Assembly (NCBI GenBank): GCA_002269645.1
Contig: NIVC01000749.1
Span: 195,162 to 259,161, forward strand
DNA: 64,000 nt
Direction of reading: 5' to 3'
Origin: Macrostomum lignano
Taxonomy: Eukaryota
A program made the position numbers and the translations under genes. Position 1 is the first letter of the stretch; each line of letters opens with the position of its first letter. Under the pieces are notes generated by a model. The model did no database searches. It was not told where the DNA came from and saw nothing but the letters and a program-made list of their open reading frames with translations. This document shows positions 1 to 10,813 of this stretch, piece after piece.

Positions 1-3000
1 GTCGACTCGATGCCGCCAACAGACTTGGTGCTGGCGCTCCGCTTTCTCTCGACCCTTCACGGTCGCATTGTAGATGTGATGGAGCCTTCAGTAGGCGACG
101 CTTGCCGTCTGGCCAATGCTTATAAAACATGCTTTGATCCGAATGAACCAGCGAAAGAGCCTGCCGCTACAAGCCAGCAGGTATCGGACTCAACGGTTGA
201 TAAGAAATCGAAATATTTGTCTACTACCGTTGCTGTCAAAACTGAGTCAAAGTCTTCGTTGAAAGCTGCCACTATGCCGTCTGATTGTCAGTTTGCTCAA
301 CAAGACAGCAATATGGATTATGCTAGCGAATATTCGGACGACTGTTTAATAGTTGATGAGCTTAATGAAGCTACAACTTCGAATGCCGCTGCTGAGGATA
401 GTAGTGCGTCTGAAGCCAGAACGAGGGCTGAGGTGATTGGCCTTTTTTAATCTTGTCGACAGGAGAGATGGTAGATAGAAAAAGTAAATTAAGTAACAGT
501 TCCATTTTAATCTCAAGCTCAAGCGTGTGCAGTAATCCGCCTTATTTCCTCTTGCAGGCAGCACTGAAGGACAGCTACCAGTCCATCAAGGGTAGCAGTT
601 TGCATCCGTTTGATTTTTCGAAACCGTGAGATCGCCATATGCGGACTGAAATCTCTGAAATTAGGCGTAGCATTAGGCATACTTGCTTTATAGAATGCGT
701 AAACTATATTTTATAAAAATATCAAGACGATTAGAGTGACTTGTAGACGTAAAACTATTGGTGCGGCCAGTCTATATTTTCATGTACACTGGGACACTGT
801 TACATTGTTTTACAGATTCGAACACGAGACCAACCAGTCAGTAGCTGAAAGAGTGCTCCGTGTGACTGCTAGTCGCACGGCTGGCACTCTCGGTCTTAGT
901 AAAGGCGATCTGATGTGTAAGCTCCCAATATTCCAAATTCAAGTCACCTCTGGAGCAAATATTGTATCTTTTTTTTTATTTATCAATTTCATAATTTTTC
1001 TGTAGCCATTCTGCGCTCGTCAATTTTCAACGTTTTCGGCCCGTATCGATTGAAAAATAAGAAAAGCTACACTCGGACTCGCTGGAAGCAGCAGGTAAGT
1101 AAAGAAAGGATGTCAGGGGGGCCGTAGCCCAGTGGTCTAGCACAGGCTCTGGTGTGCCAGCGACCCAGGCTCGATTCCAAGTGCAGTCACATTAATTTGG
1201 GGCTGAATTGGAATCTCGGCTTGGCTCTGCTCGTGCAATTAACGGCCTTGAAAGCCACCCCCCAAGGCGCAGTGAAGTGTACATGCCTAACGATAATATA
1301 AAGTTAGGGCCGCTGTACACCCTGTGTGAATGTGTGCCTGCGTACGTATCCGCGCGCTTGTATGCCTGCTCATGGGAGTCGGCGGAATGGGCAGTAATGC
1401 CTCTCGCCGGTTGTGTGCCTATGTCGCTTAAAGTGCGCCAGGGTGCACACAACCCCCCTGCCTCTAATAAAAAAGAAACGATGTCAAGTCTATTCGGAAT
1501 CGTTTTTTATCACCTCATAATGTCAATAATTGTCAATATGAGATGAAGCCACTGAAGGTAGTTGCTTGCTATTTCCGTAAACGTGTTTTAACTTGGATTT
1601 CTCTTGGACCGAATCTGTCCATATCGGCAGTGAGAACCCACTGAGGGTCAAGCTGAAAGATAGCAATTCTCTGCAGCACCCATTGGTATATATTCAGCAA
1701 CATTGCAAAGTCGCCACTCTCTGCGCCAGTAAGCAATTCCTCTTGGACTATTCTGAAATGAAAGATACGAGAAAACTGATCGGGGTAGCTTTAATATCCG
1801 TCCAACCCTCGCACACCGCTCCCCCACTTCATTCCTCAACTCAAGTCTGCCGCGGCGTAGCTGAGTTGAGAGATGTTGCTGAGTATACATGCCAAACACA
1901 ATTGTATTTTCTGCGTTGCCACGTAGGCAGATCAACATATAACTTTTCCCAACGCGTTTCGGTCCAAAAACAGTCATCTTCAGGGTCTGTGATGTATTTT
2001 CACTCACGCAACAACCTTTCATAAGAAATAAATAGAGAACTGGCGTTTACTGTACAGTCCAATGTCATATCAGGGGCAGAATGTTCAAGGTAAGTGAGCA
2101 AAGTATGGAGATTGCGAGTACATTGATCGGGTTTGTGCCTTTACTTAGAATACCTTGAGCAAATGGCCCACACCACTGTGAGAAAGCTGAGAATTCAAAT
2201 TTGATTTCTGGTAACGTATTGACCGACCGACTTTTATTTATTTCTTATGAAAGGTAGTTGCGTGAGTGAAAATACATCACAGACCCTGAAGATGACTGTT
2301 TTTGGACCGAAACGCGTTGGGAAAAAAGTTAATCTATGTTTATCTTTATATTTATTTTCCTGTGCCTTCTAAAGCGTGCTACCTTACCTCAATTTATATC
2401 GATATTTTTCAAGCAAAATTGAAAACCAGGATGCCAGCTGGCATCGGTCTAAAAATTTTCAAAATCAAATAACAACATCCGTATTCTGTACCATTAACCT
2501 TGATAGACTCCAGTCTGCAGACTTCCTCTTTATAGATAAGCTACTCAAATCGTTTTATCAAATAATTTAAAGACGCATTTCCTTTGAAAACCCCGACTTG
2601 CGGGAATCCTGGTTTCTTAGAAAAAAAAATGAAATTTTTCATGTTCTTTAAAGAGTTTTTTGTAAAATCAAGAGATTTATCCAAAACAATTTTTTTCTAT
2701 TTTTGGGTAACCATGTTTTAAACTAAACAATGACAAAAATGGGACTGTATCTCCGTAGTCTATTTTCTTAGAAACGAAGTTTCCCGTTCCAATCAAGATC
2801 AAGTCTTCCTTGGTCGCAACTTGAACAAAGAGAAAAAAATAATGTCACTCAAAATTCACTAACGCAGAAATTGGCTCGACGTCAAAAGGCATTCGAGGAA
2901 ATCATATCGAGCCTCCAGCCGGAAGAGATGGAGCAGTACGGCGTAGTGCTGACTCGCGAGTTTACAACGTCGGATGAAGAGGAAGAGGAGAGCGGATCTA

Positions 3001-3287
3001 ATGGGGCAGGAGACAGCGGCAGCAGCAGCTGTCGTAGACCGAGGCTGCGCGCCCGTCGACATTACTGGGAAAGTGACCGCGTCCGCGACATCAAGCGTCG
3101 TCTTGACGACCTGTTCTTGCGTCGATTCGCTACCAAACGTCAACGAGACGAGCTGACTAGTAGGCGACAGTCCGTCGACGATGCTGTCCAGACGTTAAGT
3201 TCGATAACGCGAAGTCAACGAATGCCGCCAGCCGGTGCGCCAGACTGGGCCTTGAATCCGCAGTTCCGCTCTCGAGGGAAAGAATGA
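1..3287 (+). CDS. 5'-truncated multi-exon hypothetical protein gene, possibly C14orf93-like/transposon-associated family. Exons <1..432 (possible in-frame intron 181..291), 558..625, 816..916, 1006..1094, 2868..3287
   Basis: GT-AG junctions join in frame (phases 0,2,1,0): ...TRAE|AALKDSYQSIKGSSLHPFDFSK P FEHETNQSVAERV...GDLM S ILRSSIFNVFGPYRLKNKKSYTRTRWKQQ|KLARRQKAFEE...TTSDEEEEE...RRHYWESDRVRDIKRRLDD...PPAGAPDWALNPQFRSRGKE*. The family assignment rests on remembered motif resemblance only, with no search. Confidence 0.65.
1116..1471 (+). mobile_element. tRNA-derived SINE (family A) inside the intron of the plus-strand gene
   Basis: Head GGGGGCCGTAGCCCAGTGG (A box) and GGCTCGATTCC (B box, about 1168-1178). 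A-rich tail AATAAAAA. 15-bp TSD AAAGAAAGGATGTCA (1101-1115) vs AAAGAAACGATGTCA (1472-1486), one mismatch. Confidence 0.75.
1944..2325. repeat. About 90-bp inverted repeat (arms 1944..2034 and 2235..2325) with a 200-bp spacer; Penelope pLTR-like or MITE-like
   Basis: The arms are reverse complements with one mismatch seen. Each carries CCCTGAAGATG...CCGAAACGCGTT. Confidence 0.8.
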
Positions 3288-3476
3288 GAGTTCTAGAATA
3301 AGCAGTTCCAATCTCTGAAGTTTTTCTGTTGTGGTTGATTTATGCCACTCAGCTATTGCAATAATCAAACGTGCACATGCATCTTTGGTAATTCCGAATT
3401 TATGTGTACTTTGCATTGTGACGTCGTATCTTACCTGTTTATATCTACATGTACGTTAGAATAGGCATGTGCATTA

Positions 3477-3682
3477 GGGGGTTGTAGACTAGTGGTCAGA
3501 GCGTCGGACTCACGACTCTCTCGGATCAATTTGTGTCCCCGAGCAAGACACTTAACTCTGCATTGCTCCAGTTCACCCAGATGTAAAATGGGTGCCAGCA
3601 ATAGCTGTAATTGAGGGTGTGTGTGGCGACCCCCCCCCCCCCCCAGTCCTTGGACTGAACAGCCGTACGCAGCCTTCAGGTG
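3477..3682 (+). mobile_element. tRNA-derived SINE (family B, CORE-like body), copy 1
   Basis: A-box-like TAGACTAGTGG. Body GAGCAAGACACTTAACTCTG...CAGTTCACCCAGATGTAAAATGGG is shared with 5563..5801 and, in part, with the reverse copy at 58905..59150. Confidence 0.7.
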
Positions 3683-4214
3683 ATTCATGCTTGTTAGACA
3701 ATTACCTATTTTTTCATGCATTAGCTAGCTGCTTAATTTGTTTTGCATTTGTCTGTAACAGTTGTAATTGAATGCGCGAATCACGAATCATTTCTCTGGT
3801 AAAGAATTTCCTCTTTTCTACAATTCCGTTTTAATTATTAATAATATTGTAATTACTGTTTATCTTGTCTAAAAGATTACATTTAGCATAAAAATGATTT
3901 CATATTAATTTTCTGTACAGGTGACAATTTCTTGGTATAGCAATGACAATAAATTCTTTATAATTCACGCATCTGCAACTGCATCAGCGTTCACGACGTT
4001 AAGTGATTAAAGAAACGTTATGATTTTGGATTGTTTTTATGATCAACACACTGATACTTACTTTGGATTCCAACCTTGTCAAGTTTTAATGGCATATTAC
4101 ATGTATACTATAGGGCCAATGGTAAAAGGAATTGAAAATCCTGTCTTTTAGCTGAAGTAAGAACGTTAATGCACTTACTCGGGGCCGTAAGAAACGTGTA
4201 TTTGTCATATTGTC

Positions 4215-4550
4215 ATTAATTTTTGCGGGCTTAAGCGTCCCTTTTCCGGGCGTCAATGTGGCAATTCGTGCCTTGAATTGTCTATGGTATTTTCTATTTC
4301 AGTAATAGAGCGAAATAGAACAACAGTGTGAAACAGAGGCAAACAAATAACAGCAGAAGTTAATGTTAATGTTAATCTCTGGGCGACTGAGACAGAAGAA
4401 GCGATGCAGTCCGGCTCTAATGCAGATGAGACTCGAATAGTTTGTGAGGGCGCAAAATGCGCGTCTTTGGGCCGCACTTCTTTAAAAGTCAGCTCCCCAG
4501 TCAAAGTTACGCGCCCTCAAAATTCTACATTGATGCCCGCAAAAAGTAAT
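4215..4550. mobile_element. Possible degenerate MITE with terminal inverted repeats
   Basis: ATTAATTTTTGCGGGC (4215-4230) vs GCCCGCAAAAAGTAAT (4535-4550), 15/16 match. Inner imperfect IR GGGCGTCAATGTGGCAATT / AATTCTACATTGATGCCC. No clear TSD. Confidence 0.4.
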
Positions 4551-5471
4551 ATTAATGTTATATTGCTAGTGTATTTAGCATGCTCTTAAGAAACAGAATA
4601 TGTCTATGGCATGGCAAAACCTCATTCAGCGCATATTCTAGACATACTATCTAGATGTTTCATTCCAGCTAGCATTCTCCGAGACCCCGAAAACACAGGG
4701 GTTTGGGCCACAGAAACCAGCTGGTGCTGCTAATGTCTTGAGAGTAGCAGAAGCTATATAGTCTATGGTCAAAACCCCCCGAGGTGTTCGCGCTGCCAAA
4801 AGGCGGCTGGAGTGGCCCATCTAGGTAATATAATCTGTGGTCTCATTTCTAAGAAAGTCGAGTTTTATAGCGTCCTACTTGAGTTCTCCGTGAAATTCCC
4901 AAATAATTATACACGCGCAAAAGCCATTTACTTCTTAATAAACTTATGTCTGTATGTACATAATAACCATGGCTACATAGCTATATGTATATATTTATTT
5001 ATAATTTTTGCAATTGTTGAAAAACAGGCAGTTAAGGAAGTAAACGAATTTTGCAAAGAAAACATAATTTTACACTGCACATTCGAATTTGTTTAAAGTA
5101 GAAAATCTGCAAGAATTAAACAGTTTAATTCCCTTAGCCAGACGAGGTAGCAGTTCAGAGCGATACAAAAGTTAATTTTTCTATACAGTTTCAACCTTTG
5201 CTACTACTGCACATCACTCTAGTTAGTAATAAGATTAGAGTGTGAATTTTTTAACAATAAGCTGAAAATACCGGTTCAAGTTGCTTTTGCTTTCTTTATT
5301 TCGTTGAAAACATCTAAAGTAAACATGCATGGTTACAGATGTTAATAAGCAAAGTAAAACAGCAAACTCTGTTCATAGCTCGTACAAACATATTGCTAAA
5401 TGCGGTGTCTTCTGTTGATGGTTATCAATTGACGAATTTAATTGATCTTGTATAGCAGATCTTTGAATTGT

Positions 5472-5504
5472 TTAACAGTTTGCCTTCAATGCTGTTGACA
5501 ATGG
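5472..5504 (-). CDS. Candidate alternative terminal exon of the Src-family kinase (PLSTALKANC*)
   Basis: Strong acceptor CACTTTTTTATTTCAG. Phase 0 matches the consensus donor CAG|GTGAGT at 6316/6315. AATAAA on the minus strand at 5300-5295. Confidence 0.45.
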   Translation of the reverse strand, partial: PLSTALKANC

Positions 5505-5562
5505 CTGAAATAAAAAAGTGCGATGGTTCGTTAGGATCAGTAGAAAAAATTAAGGATACCAC

Positions 5563-5801
5563 TACCAGCTCACTCGGAACAATTTGTGCCCTTGAGCAAG
5601 ACACTTAACTCTGCTTTGCTTCAGTTCACCCAGCTGTAAAATGAGGCTAAAGTAATCGAAGGTGCGTGTGGCGACCCCCCCCCACCCCAGTCCTTGGACT
5701 GAACAGCCGTACGCAGCCTTCAGATGCGCCGCGCAATAGCTGCGGCTGAGCTGTCGGTTGCACATCTGGCCCAATTGGGGCAGGTGTAATCAATTATTAT
5801 T
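5563..5801 (+). mobile_element. SINE family B, copy 2 (5'-truncated, ATT-repeat tail)
   Basis: High similarity to 3477..3682 and to the reverse complement of 58905..59150. Ends in AATTATTATTAT. Confidence 0.7.
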
Positions 5802-6246
5802 ATCCCGAATGTATATTACCCGATGTAAAATTTCATCACGTGACTATACTTTCCCTGGCTTATCTATCCACCCGTCCTTATCGTTGCATTAGCGTGAAAT
5901 AAATTAGCGGGTAATTATATGCACAATGGAGATTTTCTGCATAGATCTTCGTAATAATTATTGTTTGCGCCAAAACCATGTTCTTCAAATATTTTCTAAG
6001 AAAGAAATTTGCATCCTACACTCGATTTTCTTTGAAACAAGCTAGGAAGTTGGTAAAAAAGGAAACGCGTGCTTGTCATGCTCTATGGCCAAGTGCTCTG
6101 AGAGATAGCGCTGAATGAATGGGGTTTCTGCCATAGAAAAATTCGGTCCAGAAGATTTCTGAATTCTTCCTTCTACCTAGTAAAGGAAATTAATTAGAAA
6201 ACACAGGTACATGCGCCTGAAGCCAGTTTTACTGACTGTCAGACTC

Positions 6247-7481
6247 TCAATCTATAGTTTGTTTATAGTGAAAAGCTTGTATACATGTTGTTATAAAAGT
6301 ACTCGCCGTACTCACCTGAGGCTTCGGCGATATGCAAACCGACTGCACAGCCGACGCCAGCCGGTAGCTCGGCTCCGACGCTGGGAAGAAGTCGTCGAAA
6401 TAGTCGCGCAGATAGGCGAACGTTGGCCGGCGCTCCGGCTGCGCATCCCAGCAGGCAAGCATCAGGGCGTACACCGCCTCGTGACAGTCGGCCGGCCGGC
6501 CCAGCCGGTAGCCGTTCTCCACCGCGGTCAGCGTCTCCGTGTTCGACATGCTGGCGTAGGGCACCTGGCCTCTGGTGACAATTTCGTAGAGCACGATGCC
6601 AAACGACCAAACGTCGGATTTGATGGAGAACCGGCCGAGCAGGGCGGCCTCGGGACTCGTCCACTTGATAGGGAATTTGGCGCCCTGCCTAGCGGTGTAC
6701 TCGCCGTTGTCGCCTTCGCCCAAGGCTCTGGACAATCCGAAATCCGCCACCTTGACGTTGTTGCCCTCGCCGACTAGAATGTTGCGCGCTGCCAGGTCGC
6801 GATGGATGAACCTCTCGGCCTCCAGGTAGGCCATGCCGCTGGCGATCTGGCCCATGATGTCCACCAGGACTGGCAGCTCCAGGCGACGCGATTGGTCGGC
6901 GTCTTCGGCGGCGGAATCTCGCAGGCAGGTGAGCAGGGAGCCGCGGCTCATCAGCTCGGTGACAATGTACACTGGGTCACCGTCGGTGCAGACTGCGTAC
7001 AGCTGGACTAGCCTCGGGTGTCTCAGGCGTTTCATAATGCGCGCCTCCTTGAGAAAGTCCGACCTGGCCATGCTGCCCGACTTAAGCATCTTGACGGCCA
7101 CCTCCAGCCGGTTGTTGAACAGGCCGCGCCAGACTTCGCCGAACTGACCGGAGCCCAGCAGCTCCTGCAGGCGGATCTGGTCGCGTGGAATCTCCCACTG
7201 GTCGCGGGTGCGGTAGGACAGGTCCGCTATGACTGGTGCGGCCCGCGGACAGGGCCGGGTGAGGCGGCAGCAGAGGCCGTCCACCTGCTCGCTGTAGTTG
7301 TCCACCAGAGCTTGCATGCTGGGGAATCGGCGCTTGCTAGTGATGAACCAGCCGGCGCCGTCGTCCATTGCCCGGATTCGATAGTGCTTCACCGAGGCGT
7401 TCCAGACGACCGCTGCGGCCGACCCGGCACCGCCGGGAGCTGGCCGCTGGTCGCAGTCCAGAACTGAGAGCGAGTAGGATT
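6247..7481 (-). CDS. Src42A: Src-family tyrosine kinase (Src42A/FRK type), exon 4: SH2 C-terminal half, kinase domain and tail
   Basis: Acceptor TCCAG at 7483-7482. Motifs LGSGQFGEVW, VAVKMLK, HRDLAARN (the FRK/Src42A form), DFG, EYTARQGAKFPIKWT and tail tyrosine EPSY. The symbol denotes subfamily, not proven orthology. Confidence 0.93.
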
Positions 7482-7969
7482 CTGGATTGGAGCGGATCGG
7501 GGTCGGGTTGATGGCGATTAGTTTGGCCCAGGGTAGCTAGACAGCTCCATACACTCGTAGGTAAATTAGGCTGAGACCCAGTTAATCCTGCATGTTAGGG
7601 TAGCAACGTTTGAGCTGCGACCCTCGACAGCACCAGCTGCTCTGTACCAGCCACATGCACCTTCATTGCTGCACCTTGCCCATTAGAGGTGTGTTGTAAA
7701 GTGAGTTTACTCACTGGGTTGTTTTGCTAGTCGGTGTTTGGGGGTCAAGGGATCCGATGTACATGCGCGCTCTGTTTGTATATGTACATGCGTTCTCGAG
7801 TAAATATATGAATAGCTCCACCCTTTGGGTGAGGGTTTGAATTTTGTTTGTTGGACTAAACCTGACTGGCTTGTCTCTCGCTCACCACATTTTGGCGTCG
7901 CGCAGAGAAATCAGTTGATTTGGGCCAGCGTGATTCAGCACAAGCGCGAACTCTAAAATCTGCCAAGTC

Positions 7970-10813
7970 ATGAGCAGCACAGAAGGCGCAAATGCAAGTG
8001 CAATGGGCGACCCACAGCGAGGGTCTCAACAAGCAGCAGCCCAACAGTCAAGCAGAGATGCAGCTAACAGAATGAGTGTCAACATTTCGCCACCGCAGCC
8101 GTTTCTGCCAGCCGCTGGAGCACCGCTGATTGAATGGAACCGATGGAAAGTAATGTTTAGCAATTACCTGCTAGCATCGGGAGCCATCGATCTGCCGGAG
8201 CAAAGAAAACAAGCGTTGCTCATCCACTGCTTGGGTGCAGAGGGACAAAACATCTACATGTCTCTACAGGCCAGCAGCAATCAGGAGGAAGGAGAGCAAC
8301 CGCCATCAACAGTTGATGACACGCTGAAGCTCCTGGACATGCACTTCGGACCCAAGGTCAACGTAGTTGCTGAGAGGCACAGATTCCGACAGAGAGCTCA
8401 GCGACCGGGCGAAAAGATCAGCGACTTCGTTGCTGCGCTGCGAAACCTGGCTTTGAACTGCGACTTCAAGACCTTCCAGGAGGAGATGCTGCGTGACCAG
8501 CTCGTCGAGAAAGTGCTCAGCAACCACATCAGGGAGCGACTGCTCATGGAGCCGGAGCTGACCTTGGCGACAGCTGTGCAGTTGGCGGAGCGACTGGAAA
8601 CTGGACTGCTGGAGGCCCAGGCCATCAAGGGAGGCAGCCACACAGACCCAAACAGCTCGTGTGGAGTCCAGCAGATCAGTAAGGCCAAGAACAGTGGAGC
8701 AGTGGCAAGACAGCATGAGGCACTGAAGTCGACAACCGACGGCCGGAGCTGCGGCTACTGTGGCTCAGCGGCGCATGTCGGTGGACAGACCTGCCCAGCA
8801 AAGGGGCAGAAGTGCAAGTCCTGCGGCAAGCGCGGGCACTTCGCCAGAGTCTGCAGGAGCGGCAACCGAGTGCGACAGCTTCAGGATGAGTACTCCATCT
8901 GCACTGTGTCGACAGCTGCGGCAGCAAGCAAGCACTGCGAAGTGCTGCTGAACGGGAGGCCTGTCAAGCTGCTCATTGACTCCGGTTCGCGAGTCTCCAT
9001 CATCACCAAGACGACGTACAATAGACTTCTGTCCAACGTGCCCCTGCAGGCGTCATCACGGAAGCTGGTCGCTTTCAACGGCAGCAAGATCGGCGTGCTT
9101 GGTGACATCCTGACCTCGGTGCAGCTCAAGGACAAAGTAGTGCCTTACGTCAACCTTAGCGTGGTTAATACCGGATCTGACATCCTGGGGTGCGACCTCA
9201 TGGATCAGCTGGGACTGTGGATCGTCACTGCAGACGGTGAGCGAGTGCAGACAGTCGGCACCAGAGCCCTGCCTGACTGGATCCCAGGCCGGTTCGACCA
9301 GTTGACTCAGGGACTCGGACACATCAAAGGATTTCAGCACAGGCCGCGAGTCAACCCCGCGGTGCAACCGACTGCTCAACCGTTGCGCAGAGTGCCGCTC
9401 AGCTTAAGAGATTCGGTTCAAAAGGAGATCGACCAGCTGCTGCAGCAAGGCATCATCGAGGAGGTCGACGCCTCAGACTGGGTGTCAAACCTAGTCGTGG
9501 TGCCAAAGGCGAACGGCTCGATCCGGATCTGCAACGACCTGAGAGGCCCAAACAAGAGCATCATACCGGACAGATACCCACTTCCGACCTTTGAGGAGCT
9601 CTCCGCCGAGTTTGCCGGGTCACGATGCTTCTCCAAGTTGGACCTGAATTCGTCTTACCTGCAACTGGAGTTGGCCGAGGACTGCAGAAATCTGACGACG
9701 TTCGTGACGGAGCGAGGCCTATATCGATATCGGAGGGTGTGCTTCGGCCTGAGTAGTGCACCGGCTGCGTTCCAGAAGGTGATGGCTAAGATCCTCAATG
9801 GCATTAAAGGCGCAGTGCACTTTATTGACGACATCGTAGTGCACGCGGCATCAAGAGAAGAGCACGACAAGCGCCTGTTCAAGGTGCTGCAAGCTCTGAT
9901 GACGCACAACGTGACTATCAATACGGCCAAGTGCACCTGGCGCCAGGACAAGGTCAACTTCCTAGGCTATGAGCTGAGCGCTTCTGGAGTCCGCCCGTTG
10001 CAGTCACACGTCGAAGCTATCGAGAAGGTACAGCCGCCAACGAACACCAAGGAAGTGGCTGCGTTTCTAGGCGTCGTGAAGTACTTCGGCAACTTCATTC
10101 CCAGCCTCTCCAGCACGGCGGAGCCCCTCATGAAACTGCTGAGGAAGGACGAGTCGTGGAAGTGGACCAGTGAGTGCCAGCAGGCTTTTGAGCAGCTGAA
10201 GGCAGGAGTGTGCAAGCCACCTTGCCTCAAGTTTTTCGACGCAGATCAGCCGATCATCGTCAGCTGCGACAGCTCAGCATCAGTTCTCGGTGCGATGCTC
10301 CTCCAGCAAGACTCCGACGGCCAGTGGCGCCCGGTTGCCTTTGCGAGCCGAACTCTGAGTGCTACGGAGCGCCGCTACTCGGCGAGCGAGAGGGAAGCCC
10401 TGGCCTGCATCTTCGCCTGTGAGCGCTGGAACTTCTTCCTTTACGGCCGACGGTTCGAGCTCCACACCGATCACCAGGCTCTCACCACGCTGCTGTCATC
10501 ATCTGGGAGCGGACACCGGCCACTCAGACTGCATCGCTGGGCTGATCGTTTGTTGAACTACTCCTTCAGCGTCAAGTACGTCCCGGGTGCCAAGAACATC
10601 GTGCCCGACTTTCTGTCGCGCTGCCAGGACACGGCCGAGCCGACGGAAGGCGATGAAACAGACGGTCTGGAAGTCCAAAGAGTGCTCCTGGCCGAGGCGC
10701 TGACCGTGGTCACCGAGGACGAACTGGCGGAGGCAACGTCAAAGGACGAGCTCCTGGCACGAGTCGCAGAGTTCACAGTTTCCGGTTGGCCAGACAAGAA
10801 AAAGCTCGATTAG
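7970..10813 (+). CDS. Gypsy Gag-protease-RT-RNase H polyprotein (947 aa)
   Basis: Two CCHC-type knuckles (CGYCGSAAH...C, CKSCGKRGHFARVC), protease LIDSGS, RT HFIDDIVV, RNase H CDSS / EREAL / TDHQAL. Confidence 0.95.
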   Translation: MSSTEGANASAMGDPQRGSQQAAAQQSSRDAANRMSVNISPPQPFLPAAGAPLIEWNRWKVMFSNYLLASGAIDLPEQRKQALLIHCLGAEGQNIYMSLQASSNQEEGEQPPSTVDDTLKLLDMHFGPKVNVVAERHRFRQRAQRPGEKISDFVAALRNLALNCDFKTFQEEMLRDQLVEKVLSNHIRERLLMEPELTLATAVQLAERLETGLLEAQAIKGGSHTDPNSSCGVQQISKAKNSGAVARQHEALKSTTDGRSCGYCGSAAHVGGQTCPAKGQKCKSCGKRGHFARVCRSGNRVRQLQDEYSICTVSTAAAASKHCEVLLNGRPVKLLIDSGSRVSIITKTTYNRLLSNVPLQASSRKLVAFNGSKIGVLGDILTSVQLKDKVVPYVNLSVVNTGSDILGCDLMDQLGLWIVTADGERVQTVGTRALPDWIPGRFDQLTQGLGHIKGFQHRPRVNPAVQPTAQPLRRVPLSLRDSVQKEIDQLLQQGIIEEVDASDWVSNLVVVPKANGSIRICNDLRGPNKSIIPDRYPLPTFEELSAEFAGSRCFSKLDLNSSYLQLELAEDCRNLTTFVTERGLYRYRRVCFGLSSAPAAFQKVMAKILNGIKGAVHFIDDIVVHAASREEHDKRLFKVLQALMTHNVTINTAKCTWRQDKVNFLGYELSASGVRPLQSHVEAIEKVQPPTNTKEVAAFLGVVKYFGNFIPSLSSTAEPLMKLLRKDESWKWTSECQQAFEQLKAGVCKPPCLKFFDADQPIIVSCDSSASVLGAMLLQQDSDGQWRPVAFASRTLSATERRYSASEREALACIFACERWNFFLYGRRFELHTDHQALTTLLSSSGSGHRPLRLHRWADRLLNYSFSVKYVPGAKNIVPDFLSRCQDTAEPTEGDETDGLEVQRVLLAEALTVVTEDELAEATSKDELLARVAEFTVSGWPDKKKLD

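Noticed and set aside
1116-1190. Functional tRNA gene
   Set aside because: A and B boxes are present, but I could not build an acceptor stem or find a T-run terminator. The TSD and A tail indicate a SINE.
6211-7467. Plus-strand ORFs overlapping the kinase exon, and similar antisense ORFs within Gypsy and mariner
   Set aside because: Shadow ORFs caused by GC-rich codon usage on the coding strand.
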